Shown here in pieces: positions 1-10,240 of a DNA stretch of 64,000 nt. Below the pieces are notes generated by a model that saw only the letters and a program-made list of their open reading frames with translations, was not told the origin of the DNA and made no database searches. Where the stretch lies: contig NZ_JAQNDL010000004.1 in NCBI RefSeq assembly GCF_028368995.1, positions 448,001-512,000 on the forward strand. Reading direction: 5' to 3'. Positions within the stretch are counted from its first letter, which is position 1, and the number at the start of each line of letters is the position of its first letter. Source of the DNA: Nannocystis bainbridge (GTDB taxonomy: Bacteria > Myxococcota_A > Polyangia > Nannocystales > Nannocystaceae). The position numbers and the translations under genes were made by a program.

Positions 1-1349
1 ATGTAGTCGGTCTTGCGCTGCATCGACTCGGGGTCGTCGTAGGTGATGAAGAGGTCGTCGGCGGCGTCGTAAAGCCACGGGACCGCGGCCTCGGCGTGCC
101 AGAAGCGCTCGAGCTCGGGCTCGTAGTTGGCGACGATGTCGTGGTAGTCGACGATGCCGGGCTCCCAGGTGCCGGGGCCGGCGCCGCTGAAGGTCGAGTA
201 GAGGCCGTCCTGGCCGCCGCTGGCGCCGGCGAAGCTGCGGCCGTAGAACGGCACGCCGAGCACCAGCTGATCGGGCGCGACGCCGGCGGCGAGGATGGCG
301 GTGACGGCGGAGTCGTCGCTGAGCAGGGCGTTGTTCGGGTCGGGATCGTCGGCCGGGCTGTAGAGCGCGGCGTTGTGGGTGGTGGTGCCCATCCACGGGC
401 CGGCGAAGTCGTAGGCCATGAGGTTGATCCAGTCGACGCTGGCGGCGATGCCGGGGAGATCGAGGTTGGCGAGGTTGCCCGGTCCGGCGGGCGCGGCGAT
501 GGTCAGCAGGTAGTCGGCGCCGTCTTCGGCCCCGGCGGCGTCGAGCTCGGTCCGCAGGGCGGCCAGGAGCGCGCTGTAGTGCTGGCCCTCGAGCGGCGAG
601 GCGGGGAACTCCCAGTCGATGTCGACGCCGTCGAACCCGTAGTCGCGCATGAACTTGACGCACGAGGCCGCCAGCTTGGCCCGGCCCTGCTCGGTGGCGG
701 CGTTGGGGGCGAAGTTGGTCGACCAGGTGTAGCCGCCGACCGAGATGAGGGTGCGCAGGTGGCCGTGCTGCTGCTTGAGCTGGTGAAGCTGGTGGAAGCT
801 GCCCTTGAGCGGGGCGTTCGGGTCGTCGCCGTCGTAGACCTTCTCGATGTCGGCGTAGCTGTCGCCGAGCACGCACTCGCCGGCGGGGCTGAGGTTGGCG
901 AAGGCGTAATTGACGTGGGTGAGCTTGGCGGCCGGGATGTCGCTGACGTGGTAGTCGCGGTCGTAGACGGCCCAGGCGGTGAAGTAGCCGACGATCCGGC
1001 CGGCGCCGCGGACGGGATCGCCGGTGGTAGTCGTCGTGGTGTCGATGTCGGTGGTGTCGGTGGTGTCGGGGCCGGTGGTGGTCGAGGCGACGGTGGTGGT
1101 GCCCGGGTCGCCGGTGGTCGGCGCGGTGGTGCCGGTCGGATCGCCGCTGTCGCTGTCGGTCGCGGTCCCGCTCGTCCCGGAAGTCGTGCCGGCGGTGATG
1201 ACGGGATCGGTGGCTGTCGAGCCGTCGGTGGTCGCGGGTGAGCCTGTCCCTTCGGACATGGTCGAATCGCCCTGTCCCCCGGGACATGCAGCGACGAGCG
1301 CGGCGGTCAGCAGGAGCGCGGGGACGGGGCGGGGTGGAAGCGACGGCAT
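1..1349 (-). CDS. GH18 chitinase lipoprotein (C-terminus runs off the window start)
   Basis: Manual translation: MPSLPPRPVPALLLTAALVAAC lipobox, Thr-rich linker, then RIVGYFTAWAVYDRDYHV, THVNYAF, ISVGGYTWS, FDGVDIDWEFP (DxDxE catalytic motif) and INLMAYDFAG. Absent from the ORF track because no stop codon lies in the window. Confidence 0.92.
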   Translation of the reverse strand, partial: MPSLPPRPVPALLLTAALVAACPGGQGDSTMSEGTGSPATTDGSTATDPVITAGTTSGTSGTATDSDSGDPTGTTAPTTGDPGTTTVASTTTGPDTTDTTDIDTTTTTTGDPVRGAGRIVGYFTAWAVYDRDYHVSDIPAAKLTHVNYAFANLSPAGECVLGDSYADIEKVYDGDDPNAPLKGSFHQLHQLKQQHGHLRTLISVGGYTWSTNFAPNAATEQGRAKLAASCVKFMRDYGFDGVDIDWEFPASPLEGQHYSALLAALRTELDAAGAEDGADYLLTIAAPAGPGNLANLDLPGIAASVDWINLMAYDFAGPWMGTTTHNAALYSPADDPDPNNALLSDDSAVTAILAAGVAPDQLVLGVPFYGRSFAGASGGQDGLYSTFSGAGPGTWEPGIVDYHDIVANYEPELERFWHAEAAVPWLYDAADDLFITYDDPESMQRKTDY

Positions 1350-1387
1350 GGACGGCCATCTTGACGGCACTCGCGGCCCGAGAGCGA

Positions 1388-1430
1388 GGACAAAGCGAGC
1401 GCGGGGGCGCGCCAGGGCGCCCCCGCTCGC
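1388..1430 (-). terminator. Putative intrinsic terminator after VWA lipoprotein 1
   Basis: GC-rich inverted repeat (gcgagc-gc-gggggcgc / gcgccccc-gctcgc) followed on the minus strand by a short TTTG tail. Confidence 0.5.
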
Positions 1431-1437
1431 GCCGGGC

Positions 1438-2676
1438 TCAGCCGATGACGCAGCCGTACTCGATCTGGACGATGCCGGTCTGCTTGTAGTGCTCGCACGC
1501 GTCGCCGCACAGGATGATGGCGTCGCGGTCGGGCGAGGTGTACTTCCAGCCGGCCTCCTCGTCGCAGTTGGCGACCTGCGTGTCCTGGCCCTCGTAGACC
1601 TGCTGGTCGGCGTCGCTGTCGCTGCCGACCTCGACTTGCTGGATGAAGAAGCTGTCCGGCACCGGCTCGCCGAGCTTGATCTCGCACGAGACGACCTGCT
1701 GCGTGATGGCGTTGAGCGCGGCCTGCAGCTCGGTCTGGTTGAGGGCGTTGTAGAACTTCTCCTCGCCGGGGCGGGCGGTGCCGCCGAGCTCGGCCAGCTC
1801 GTTGAGCTTCTCGTAGGTGTTGGTGTTGTCGGGGTTGCCGTCGACCATCGTCGGCGAGAACACGTCCTCGATGTCGATGCCGATGACGTAGGTCGGGAAG
1901 CCCATCGCCTGGGCCTCGGCGACCACCGCCGGCAGGTTGTCGTCGTAGTCGTTGAACAGCGCGGGCGTCACCGTGCCGGCCTTGCAGTTGGCGGCCCCGT
2001 CGGTGACGAGGATGATGAACTTCGGCTCGTCGTCCTGCAGGCCGGCGAGCTCGTCGAGCGCGACCTTGATGCCGGCCGCGGCCGGGGTGCCGCCGGCGAT
2101 CATCGTCGTGTCGGCGGGCGGGAGGGCGGCGAGGATGGCGGCGCCGCTCTGCGGGCCGATCGGGACCAGCGGCTGGGCGTCGACCGTGCAGGCGGCGGGG
2201 CCGTAAGAGCCGGTGGCGGTGAGCGACGGGAACAGCACCGCGCCGAAGTTGATGACGTTGTCGAGGCTGGCGAAGATCGACTCGACGACCGAGTGGAGGC
2301 TCATCCAGCGGGTGATGTCCGGGGTGTTGGGATCGGCGTCGTGATCCCAGAAGCCGGACTCCTCCGAGATCATCGAGCCCGACTTGTCGAGCACGAGCAC
2401 GACCCGCGGGATGACGGGCTCGATCTCCATCGGCACGAACTCGTCACACACCAGCGGACCGTCCTCAGTCGTGGTCCCGGTGACGTCGGGGCCGGTGGTG
2501 GGCGCCCCGGTGGTCGGGTCTTCGGGCCCGGTGGTGCTGGTGGTGGTGGTGAGCGGGGGCAGCTCGACGCCGGTGGTGCCGGGGGTCGAGTTGCCGCCGG
2601 CGGTGTCGTCATCCCCGCCAGGGCAGGCGCTGAGGAGCGCAACGGAAGCTACGGTGACAAACAGAGGGCGCTGCAT
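1438..2676 (-). CDS. VWA-domain lipoprotein 1
   Basis: LLSAC lipobox, Thr-rich linker, MIDAS DKSGS...GGTP...LVTDG, Cys-containing C-terminal domain ending IEYGC. Confidence 0.9.
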   Translation of the reverse strand: MQRPLFVTVASVALLSACPGGDDDTAGGNSTPGTTGVELPPLTTTTSTTGPEDPTTGAPTTGPDVTGTTTEDGPLVCDEFVPMEIEPVIPRVVLVLDKSGSMISEESGFWDHDADPNTPDITRWMSLHSVVESIFASLDNVINFGAVLFPSLTATGSYGPAACTVDAQPLVPIGPQSGAAILAALPPADTTMIAGGTPAAAGIKVALDELAGLQDDEPKFIILVTDGAANCKAGTVTPALFNDYDDNLPAVVAEAQAMGFPTYVIGIDIEDVFSPTMVDGNPDNTNTYEKLNELAELGGTARPGEEKFYNALNQTELQAALNAITQQVVSCEIKLGEPVPDSFFIQQVEVGSDSDADQQVYEGQDTQVANCDEEAGWKYTSPDRDAIILCGDACEHYKQTGIVQIEYGCVIG

Positions 2677-2810
2677 GTCGGGGCAGTACCCGCGGCGGCG
2701 CTTTCAATTGGGGTCGATGAACATCGGCCGCGGCGCCGCAAAACGGCGACCGCGGCGGGTCCGGAGTGCGCGCGCCCTCGCTCGCCCCCGGACCCGCGCG
2801 GCGCCGAACT

Positions 2811-4034
2811 CTAGGGGATGAAGCAGCCGTACTCGATCTCGACGAGGCCGGTGGCTTTGTAGTGCTCGCAGGCGGCGCCGCACAGGACGATCGCGTCGCG
2901 CGTCGGGCTGGTGTACTGCCAGCCGCTCTCGCTGTCGCAAGCGTCGACCTGCGTGTCCTGGCCGTCGTATTCCTGCTTGTCGGCGTCGTCGCCGATCTCG
3001 ACGCGCTGGATGTAGAAGTGGTCAGGGACGGGCTTGCCGAGGCCGATCTCGCACGAGACGACGCCGCCGGTGATGGCCATGAGCGCGGCCTGCAGCTCCT
3101 CCTCGTTGGTGGCGTTGTAGAACTTCTCGGCGCCCGGCCGCGCGGTGCCGGCGATCTCGGCCAGCTCGTTGAGCTGCTCGTAGGGGTTGATGCCGTCGGG
3201 GTTGCCGTCCTGCAGCACCGGGGTGAGCGCGTCGGAGATGTCGATGCCGACGACGTGGACCTGATAGCCGGCGTCGCGGGCGTCGGCGACGGTGGTGGCC
3301 AGACGGGCGTCGTAGTCGTCGAACAGCTTGTCGTTGTCGGGATCGCAGTTGGCGGCGCCGTCGGTGATGAAGATGATCGACCTCGGCTCTTCGCCCTCGA
3401 GCCCATCGAGCGCGCTGATGGCCGCCTGGAGGCCGGCGGTCGAGGGGGTGCCGCCGGCGATCGTGGTGGTGTTCGGCGGCGGGATGGCGGCGAGGATGGC
3501 CCCGCCGGCCTGCGGACCGACCGGCACCAGCAGATCGGCCCCGACGACGCAGGCGGCGATGGTCGGCTTGGCGGTGGCCGCGAGCGACGGGAACAGCACC
3601 GCGCCGAACTGGACCACGGTGTCGAGGCCGCCGACCATCGACTCGACCACCGCGTGCAGGCTCGACCAGCGCGACACGACGTCGGTGGCAGGATCGCCGT
3701 CGTGGTCCCACTCGTAGAGCATCGAGCCCGACTTGTCGAGGACGAGGACGACGCGCGGCACGATCGGCTCGGGCGCCGCCGGGATGAAGTCGTCGCACTT
3801 GAGCGGGCCGTCGCCGGTGGTGCTGGAGGCGGTAGTGGTCGGATCGGGCTCGTCCTGCGTGGTGGTCCCGGGCTCGCCGCCGCTGCTGGTGCTGTCGTCC
3901 GCGGTGGTCGGCGGGAGGATGCTGGTGACGACCTCCGAAGCAGCGTCGCTGTCGCTCTCGCTGGTGGCCTCGCCGCCCGGACACGCGGATAGAAGAAGGA
4001 CAAGCCAAGCCATGGATAAGGATGAGCGCTGCAT
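2811..4034 (-). CDS. VWA-domain lipoprotein 2 (close paralogue of 1)
   Basis: LLSAC lipobox, DKSGS, GGTP, ITDG; collinear with 1438..2676. Confidence 0.9.
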   Translation of the reverse strand: MQRSSLSMAWLVLLLSACPGGEATSESDSDAASEVVTSILPPTTADDSTSSGGEPGTTTQDEPDPTTTASSTTGDGPLKCDDFIPAAPEPIVPRVVLVLDKSGSMLYEWDHDGDPATDVVSRWSSLHAVVESMVGGLDTVVQFGAVLFPSLAATAKPTIAACVVGADLLVPVGPQAGGAILAAIPPPNTTTIAGGTPSTAGLQAAISALDGLEGEEPRSIIFITDGAANCDPDNDKLFDDYDARLATTVADARDAGYQVHVVGIDISDALTPVLQDGNPDGINPYEQLNELAEIAGTARPGAEKFYNATNEEELQAALMAITGGVVSCEIGLGKPVPDHFYIQRVEIGDDADKQEYDGQDTQVDACDSESGWQYTSPTRDAIVLCGAACEHYKATGLVEIEYGCFIP

Positions 4035-4085
4035 GATCGGGCAGTACCCGCCGCGCAGCGTTCAATTGCGGGGGCGCGTCGATCG

Positions 4086-5252
4086 CTAAAGACAGCCGAA
4101 GCGCAGCCGGGCGATCGCGCCCGCGTGCAGCCGATCACAGGCGGCGGGGCAAAGCTCGATCGCCCGGTGGGTGTCGTCGCGCCAGCGCCAGGCCCAGCGA
4201 TCGTCGCAGTCGGGGTCGGCGCGGTGCATGCGACCGTCGACGTCGAGGGCGACGAGGTTCGGATAGTCGGGCGCGGCGTCGATGCCGATCCGGCAGGCGT
4301 CGACCTGCTCGGCCAGGGGGGCCAGGCGCTCGCGCAGACCGGCCAGCACCTGCGGCAGCGCGGCCGTGTCGCGCAGGTGGAGGTAGTGCTCGGGCCCCGC
4401 TTGCGCCGCGCCGCCGGCCAGCGCGAGCGCGTTGAAGTACTCGTGCGGGTTGACGTCGTCGATCATGCTGTCGCCCGCGAGCAGCGGGGCGAGCACGTCC
4501 ATGACGCTGATGCCGACGACGACCGTCGGGATGCCGCTGGCGAAGCTGGCCTCGACCAGCGGGTAGACCTCGCCGTCGAGCTTCTCGGCGATGTCCTCTT
4601 TGATCTTCGGCTTGGTCGGGCAGTTCGGCGGGTTGTCGCTGACGAGGACGATGGCGCGCTGGCGCAGCAGGCCGTCCTCCAGCGGCGGGAACAGGTCGGA
4701 CCAGGCCTCGCGCAGCGGGTTCTCGCCGATCGGCGGCGAGGCGATGTCCTCGGGGACAGCGTCGAGGATGGCCGCCGAGACGTCTTCGGTGCCGAATGGG
4801 ACCCGCGAGTTGTCGTTGAGGTTGCAGAAGCCCTGCTCGGAGATCAGGGTCGGCGTCGGGAACACGACCGCGGCGAAGTCGATGCGATCGGCGAACTCGG
4901 GCACGAGGGTGTGGACCAGCGCGACCAGGCCGTCCCAGCGGCTGAGGCCGGGCGGGTCGACGGCCTGGGCGCAGCGCTCGCGCTCGGTCGGATCGTCGAG
5001 GCAGCGGCGCATCGACTGCGAGTGGTCGAGCAGCAGGGCGACCTGCGGGCGCACGTCCTGCAGGTCGAAGGTGAGGCCGCTGCAGCGGCGCTCGACGGCG
5101 CACACGCCGTCGTCCTGGCACGGCAGGTCGGGGCCGCAGTCGGCGTCGGTCTCGCAGCGCTCGCCCCAAAGCGCCTGTCCTTCGAAACATGACCCGAAGA
5201 CCAGGGCCGTGGCGAGGCAGGCGAGGCGCGCGAGGCCGGCCGCGCGCGCCAT
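4086..5252 (-). CDS. VWA-domain lipoprotein 3 (divergent paralogue, Cys-rich N-terminus)
   Basis: Start MARAAGL at 5252, overlapping the upstream stop; VFGSC lipobox, CETDADCGPDLPCQDDGVC, DHSQS MIDAS, LVSD, C-terminal IELCPAAC...RFGC. Confidence 0.82.
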   Translation of the reverse strand: MARAAGLARLACLATALVFGSCFEGQALWGERCETDADCGPDLPCQDDGVCAVERRCSGLTFDLQDVRPQVALLLDHSQSMRRCLDDPTERERCAQAVDPPGLSRWDGLVALVHTLVPEFADRIDFAAVVFPTPTLISEQGFCNLNDNSRVPFGTEDVSAAILDAVPEDIASPPIGENPLREAWSDLFPPLEDGLLRQRAIVLVSDNPPNCPTKPKIKEDIAEKLDGEVYPLVEASFASGIPTVVVGISVMDVLAPLLAGDSMIDDVNPHEYFNALALAGGAAQAGPEHYLHLRDTAALPQVLAGLRERLAPLAEQVDACRIGIDAAPDYPNLVALDVDGRMHRADPDCDDRWAWRWRDDTHRAIELCPAACDRLHAGAIARLRFGCL

Positions 5253-5884
5253 CAGTGGCCCTTCCAGGTCCGGCGCTTGCCGGTGTCGAGGTGGACGAAC
5301 TGGCTGACGGGGTAGTAGCCGACGCCGCCTTTCCACCGCTTGAGCGCGTACTTGTAGAGCTTGTCGGCCTTGACGCCGCGCAGCGAGAAGTCGATCGCCT
5401 GGCTGCGCGCGTGCTGGCTGTCGCGCGCGACCTCGTGGCCCTTCTTGGTGAGCATGAGGTTGAACTTGGGGTGGCGGAAGCCGCTGATGACGCGGACCTC
5501 GCCGGCGCCGAAGTGGTCGGCCGCGGCGACGACCCCGGCGATCAGCTCGGCGGGGTGGCCGGCCGGCTCGTCGGTGAAGCGGCAGCGAAAGAAGCTCGCC
5601 AGCGCGCCGGGAGGGTGGGGGCCGCGCAGCGGCATGACCTCGAGCGTGTGAAGGTGACGGGCGAACAGCACCGGGTCGGCCTGGTCGCCGGCGCGTGGGG
5701 AGTCGCGGCAGACCGGGTCGATGAGACATGTTCCATCGGACATGTCCTTGGGGCAACATGCGCGCCGGGCCGGCGGCGGGGCCCGCTTGGCGGCGAGGTA
5801 GGCGGCCTTCTTGTCGTCCTCGTGCTCGCCGGTCGGACCGACGGCGGGGCCGAGCAGCGCGGCGACGAGGAGGACGACCTGCAC
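5252..5884 (-). CDS. YcbK/DUF882 family protein (peptidase M15-like)
   Basis: VISGFRHP, SQHARSQAIDF and GGVGYYP..FVHLDTG..RTW motifs; signal peptide. Confidence 0.85.
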   Translation of the reverse strand: MQVVLLVAALLGPAVGPTGEHEDDKKAAYLAAKRAPPPARRACCPKDMSDGTCLIDPVCRDSPRAGDQADPVLFARHLHTLEVMPLRGPHPPGALASFFRCRFTDEPAGHPAELIAGVVAAADHFGAGEVRVISGFRHPKFNLMLTKKGHEVARDSQHARSQAIDFSLRGVKADKLYKYALKRWKGGVGYYPVSQFVHLDTGKRRTWKGH

Positions 5885-5971
5885 GCGGACAGTCTAGTGC
5901 GCGGCGCGGGTTCTTTCGAGCCTCGCCGCGCGGGCGCGTGGACGCGGCCGAATTCGGGCTGGGTGACGGCG

Positions 5972-6451
5972 CTAGCCGGCGTCGCCGGGGAAGCGCGCGA
6001 CCTCGACGTAGGCCCCGGGGCCGGCGTCGCCCACGCGGCGGAACAGCACGGCGCCGCCGATAGTGTGCTCCTGGGCGTCGACGACCAGGTAGTCGACCGG
6101 GTAACCGGCGGCCAGCGCGGCGGCCTCGTCCTCGGCCGAGAAGTAGGCGCCGACCCGCGGGTGCGAGTGGTAAATGATGGTGGGCGGATCGTCGCCGTCG
6201 AAGGCGCGCGTGAACTCGATCAGCTCGCGGCCGCCGAAGTTGTAGCCGTTGGCCGAGGTCCGCGGGTAGGTCTCGGGGTCCATCGCGTGCAGCTTGTCCA
6301 TGAAGTTCTTGCACGGATACAGCCGCATGGCGTCGCCGCGGCCGCGCAGGTAGCCGCAGCACTCGCCCGGGAACTCGGCCCGCGATTGGGCGTAGATCTG
6401 GGCCAGGAGCGCAGCAGGGACGGCGAATTCGGAGGCTGGCGTTTCGGACAT
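5972..6451 (-). CDS. mec: Mov34/MPN/JAMM metallopeptidase (Mec-like CysO-cysteine peptidase)
   Basis: FPGECCG and IYHSHP...YFSAED JAMM motif; located in an operon with a sulfur carrier and cysM. Confidence 0.85.
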   Translation of the reverse strand: MSETPASEFAVPAALLAQIYAQSRAEFPGECCGYLRGRGDAMRLYPCKNFMDKLHAMDPETYPRTSANGYNFGGRELIEFTRAFDGDDPPTIIYHSHPRVGAYFSAEDEAAALAAGYPVDYLVVDAQEHTIGGAVLFRRVGDAGPGAYVEVARFPGDAG

Positions 6452-6456
6452 GTCCT

Positions 6457-7437
6457 TCACCACAGGTAGCGCTTCTCCCAGCGCAGCGGGACGAAGTAGC
6501 GGTCGCCGCGGTCGCACAGGATGGTGACGACCACGCCGCGGCGGCCCTCCGCAGACAACTGCTTGGCGATCCGCAGCGCGCCGGCGACGTTACCGCCCGA
6601 GGAGTGGCCGACGAACAGGCCCTCCTCCCGGGCGAGCCGCTCGGCCATGTCCCAGCCCTCGTCGGTCGGCAGCCAGATCGTGTCATCGAGCACGCCGGCG
6701 TCGTAGATCGCCGGCACGATGCTCGAGGGCAGGTGCTTCATGCCCTCGAGGCCGTGCATGGCGTCGTCGGGCTGGATGGCGACGCAGCGGATGTCGCGGC
6801 TGAACTCGTGGAGCCGGCGCGAGGTGCCGACGACGGTGCCGCTGGTGCCGATGCCGGTCACGAAGTGAGTGACGCGGCCGCCGGTCTGCTGCCAGATCTC
6901 GGGCGCGGTGGTGTGGTAGTGCGCCAGCGGGTTGTTGGGGTTGCCGTACTGGTCGGCGTAGTGCCAGCGCTCGGGGTGACGCTCGACGAGCTCGTGGGCC
7001 AGCACGATCGCGCCGTCGCTGCCCTCCATCGGGCTGCTGTAGACGATCTCGACCCCGTACGCGGTGGTGACCTGCTTGCGCGGGGCGCTGACGTTCTCGG
7101 GCATCACGAGGGTGACGGGCACGCCGAGCGCGGCGCCGACCATGGCGTAGGCGATGCCGGTGTTGCCGCTGGTGCTGTCGATGAGGCGCACGCCCGGGCG
7201 CAGCAGGCCGCGCGCGAGGGCGTCACGCACGATCCGCAGGGCGGCGCGATCCTTGACCGAGCCGGCCGGGTTGCAGAACTCGCACTTGGCCCAGATCTCG
7301 ACGCCGGGCGTGGCGCGATCGATGTGGTGCAGCCGCACCAGCGGGGTGTTGCCGACGAGGTCGACGATGCTGTCCGTTCGGACAGCTCGCCCCGGACGCA
7401 GGTCGCTCAGGAGTTGTTCGCGGCCGGTGGGCAGCAT
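6457..7437 (-). CDS. cysM: PLP-dependent cysteine synthase (CysM-like)
   Basis: VGNTPLV, KCEFCNPAGSVKDR, STSGNTG, GIGTSGT, HGLEG; start inferred at MLPTGREQ. Confidence 0.88.
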   Translation of the reverse strand: MLPTGREQLLSDLRPGRAVRTDSIVDLVGNTPLVRLHHIDRATPGVEIWAKCEFCNPAGSVKDRAALRIVRDALARGLLRPGVRLIDSTSGNTGIAYAMVGAALGVPVTLVMPENVSAPRKQVTTAYGVEIVYSSPMEGSDGAIVLAHELVERHPERWHYADQYGNPNNPLAHYHTTAPEIWQQTGGRVTHFVTGIGTSGTVVGTSRRLHEFSRDIRCVAIQPDDAMHGLEGMKHLPSSIVPAIYDAGVLDDTIWLPTDEGWDMAERLAREEGLFVGHSSGGNVAGALRIAKQLSAEGRRGVVVTILCDRGDRYFVPLRWEKRYLW

Positions 7438-7450
7438 GGGGCGTGCGCGC

Positions 7451-7723
7451 TCAACCGCCGGCGATCGCGGGGACGATGCTGATCTCGTCGCTGGCCTTGA
7501 CCGCGGTGCCGAGGTTGTCGAGGAAGCGGATGTCGTCCTCGCCGACGAACACGTTGACGAACCGCCGCACCTTGCCGGCCTCGTCGCAGATCCGCTCCTT
7601 GATCCCCGGGTAGCTCTGCTCGAGGCCGTCGAGCACGCCGGCGACGGTCTCGCCTTCGACGGTGACCTCTTCGCGGCCTTGGGTGTACTTGCGCAGGGGA
7701 GTGGGGATCCGGACGTTCGGCAT
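7451..7723 (-). CDS. cysO: MoaD/ThiS ubiquitin-like sulfur carrier (CysO-like)
   Basis: 90 aa, VRIPTPLR, RRFVNVFVGEDDIRF, C-terminal IAGG di-glycine. Confidence 0.88.
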   Translation of the reverse strand: MPNVRIPTPLRKYTQGREEVTVEGETVAGVLDGLEQSYPGIKERICDEAGKVRRFVNVFVGEDDIRFLDNLGTAVKASDEISIVPAIAGG

Positions 7724-7754
7724 GACGGTGTGTTCAGTATAATGAACAGGGCGC

Positions 7755-8489
7755 TCAGGTACTGCAAGCGGCGCTCGAACACGCGGGCCCCAGCGGGCCC
7801 CGGACGGGCCGGGAAACCTGCGGATCACACCCCGGGCAGCCTGCGCGCCGCGCGGGGCGGATCTGCTGCGGACGGAGCTCGCGGAGGTCGAGCGCGACGA
7901 GGGTGCCGGCGACGTCCGCCCCGGCGTCGAGGGCGACCGCGAGGTGCGCCATCATGAAGCCGAGCGCGCCCGCGGCCGCACCCTGGACGCCGACGGCGGC
8001 GCATGAGGGCGCGAGCTCGGCCGGCGGCGCGGCCTCGAAGACGCAGCGAAAGCAGGCGCCAGCGCCGTGACGCACGGCCATCGCCTGACCGCCCCAGCGC
8101 TGCACGCCGCCGATGACGAGATCGAGGCGATGCTCGCCGCACAGGTCGTGGGTGAGGAACTTGAGGTCGGGCTGGTCGCTGCACTCGAGCACGACGGTGC
8201 CCGGCGCCTGGGCCGCGAGCAGCGATGAGAGCGTGCGCTCGTCGAGCCGCAGGGGGATCGGCTCGACCTCGAGATCGGGCGCGCACGCCCGCAGGCGACG
8301 GGCCGCGGCCTCGACCTTGGGTGCGCCGACGTCACCGAGATCGTAGAGGACCTGGCGATGGAGGTTGGTGGCGTCGACGACGTCGCAGTCGACGACGCCG
8401 ATCCGCGTCGCGCCGCTCCCGACGAGCCCGAGCAGGGCCGGGCAGCCGAGGCCGCCGGCGCCGAGCACGAGGAAGCGACCGCCGGCCAT
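7755..8489 (-). CDS. moeB: ThiF/MoeB E1-like adenylyltransferase
   Basis: LGAGGLG, DCDVVDATNLHRQ, CFRC, PSCAAVGV, CPGC. Confidence 0.88.
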   Translation of the reverse strand: MAGGRFLVLGAGGLGCPALLGLVGSGATRIGVVDCDVVDATNLHRQVLYDLGDVGAPKVEAAARRLRACAPDLEVEPIPLRLDERTLSSLLAAQAPGTVVLECSDQPDLKFLTHDLCGEHRLDLVIGGVQRWGGQAMAVRHGAGACFRCVFEAAPPAELAPSCAAVGVQGAAAGALGFMMAHLAVALDAGADVAGTLVALDLRELRPQQIRPARRAGCPGCDPQVSRPVRGPLGPACSSAACST

Positions 8490-8495
8490 CGGGCC

Positions 8496-9443
<948 letters not shown>

Positions 9444-9458
9444 GCGAAGATCGGCGGC

Positions 9459-9875
9459 TCAGATGATGAAGTCGGTCGAGCGGCGACGGAAGCTGTCGCG
9501 CGCCTCGCCGAGCAGCTGCTCGAGGCTGAGCTGCCCCACCGCGGCCTCGAAGCGGGCGTCGACCGAGCGCTCGACGATCCGCGTGATCTCGTCCTGCGGA
9601 TCCCCGGTGACAGGGCCGCTGCTGGTGGGGGTCGACAGCGCCTGCAGCACCTCGGCGATCGAGATGTCGGCGGCGGGGCGGGCCAATTTGTAGCCGCCGC
9701 GCGGGCCGCGCTTGCCCACCACGAAGCCCGCCTTGCGGAGTTCACCGATGATTTCCTCCAAATACCGCGAGGGAATCGCCTGTTGCTCCGCGATGACGTG
9801 GGCCGAGGCGTATCCCCGGTGAGCGACATGGCAAAGGGCGCGCAGGCCGTATCGGGCTTTGGTCGTAAGCTGCAT
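9459..9875 (-). CDS. Rrf2 family regulator, CymR-like (lacks the Fe-S cysteine triad)
   Basis: MQLTTKARYGLRAL, YLEEII..L, RGPRGGYKLARP; C-terminus DFII. Confidence 0.9.
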   Translation of the reverse strand: MQLTTKARYGLRALCHVAHRGYASAHVIAEQQAIPSRYLEEIIGELRKAGFVVGKRGPRGGYKLARPAADISIAEVLQALSTPTSSGPVTGDPQDEITRIVERSVDARFEAAVGQLSLEQLLGEARDSFRRRSTDFII

Positions 9876-9920
9876 TTTCCGGTGGGCCTTGATGAAAAGT
9901 CTGGGCCCGGACTTTGCCAC

Positions 9921-9946
9921 AACTTCCCCACGTTCGTCATGGAATT
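9921..9946. promoter_or_regulatory. Possible Rrf2/CymR-type operator
   Basis: Imperfect dyad AACTTCC-N13-GGAATT in the AT-richer intergenic region just upstream of the Rrf2 gene. Confidence 0.3.
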
Positions 9947-10200
9947 CTCGCGGGAAAACAGTGGTGCAGGGACCCCGTTCGCATACCCTTTCACCGTTTA
10001 AAATTCGGGAAATTAGCGGGCGTCCGCGCGCAGGCTGGGTCTGCGCTGGTCTCGTGGGCAAATGGGTGAAAACGCGCGCCAGTCGGGGAGATCCGCGGGA
10101 CCCAACCGGGATCCGCCTTGCGCGAACCTCGCAGAAATGCGCAGGTGGCGCGACGGCGAGCGACGAGACTTCTCTCGGGCGGCCCCGGCGGCGATCGCCG

Positions 10201-10230
10201 TTGACACGGAGGCCATGGAGGTACTACCCA
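10201..10230 (+). promoter_or_regulatory. Putative sigma70 promoter of efp
   Basis: Perfect TTGACA at 10201; TACTAC/TACCCA -10 candidates 15-18 bp downstream; ATG at 10241. Confidence 0.45.
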
Positions 10231-10240
10231 CCGCACGCCC

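Noticed and set aside
4086-6686. 866-aa ORF as a single fused protein
   Set aside because: Only the part from 5252 is protein-like; the upstream part is an off-frame read-through of the DUF882, mec and cysM genes
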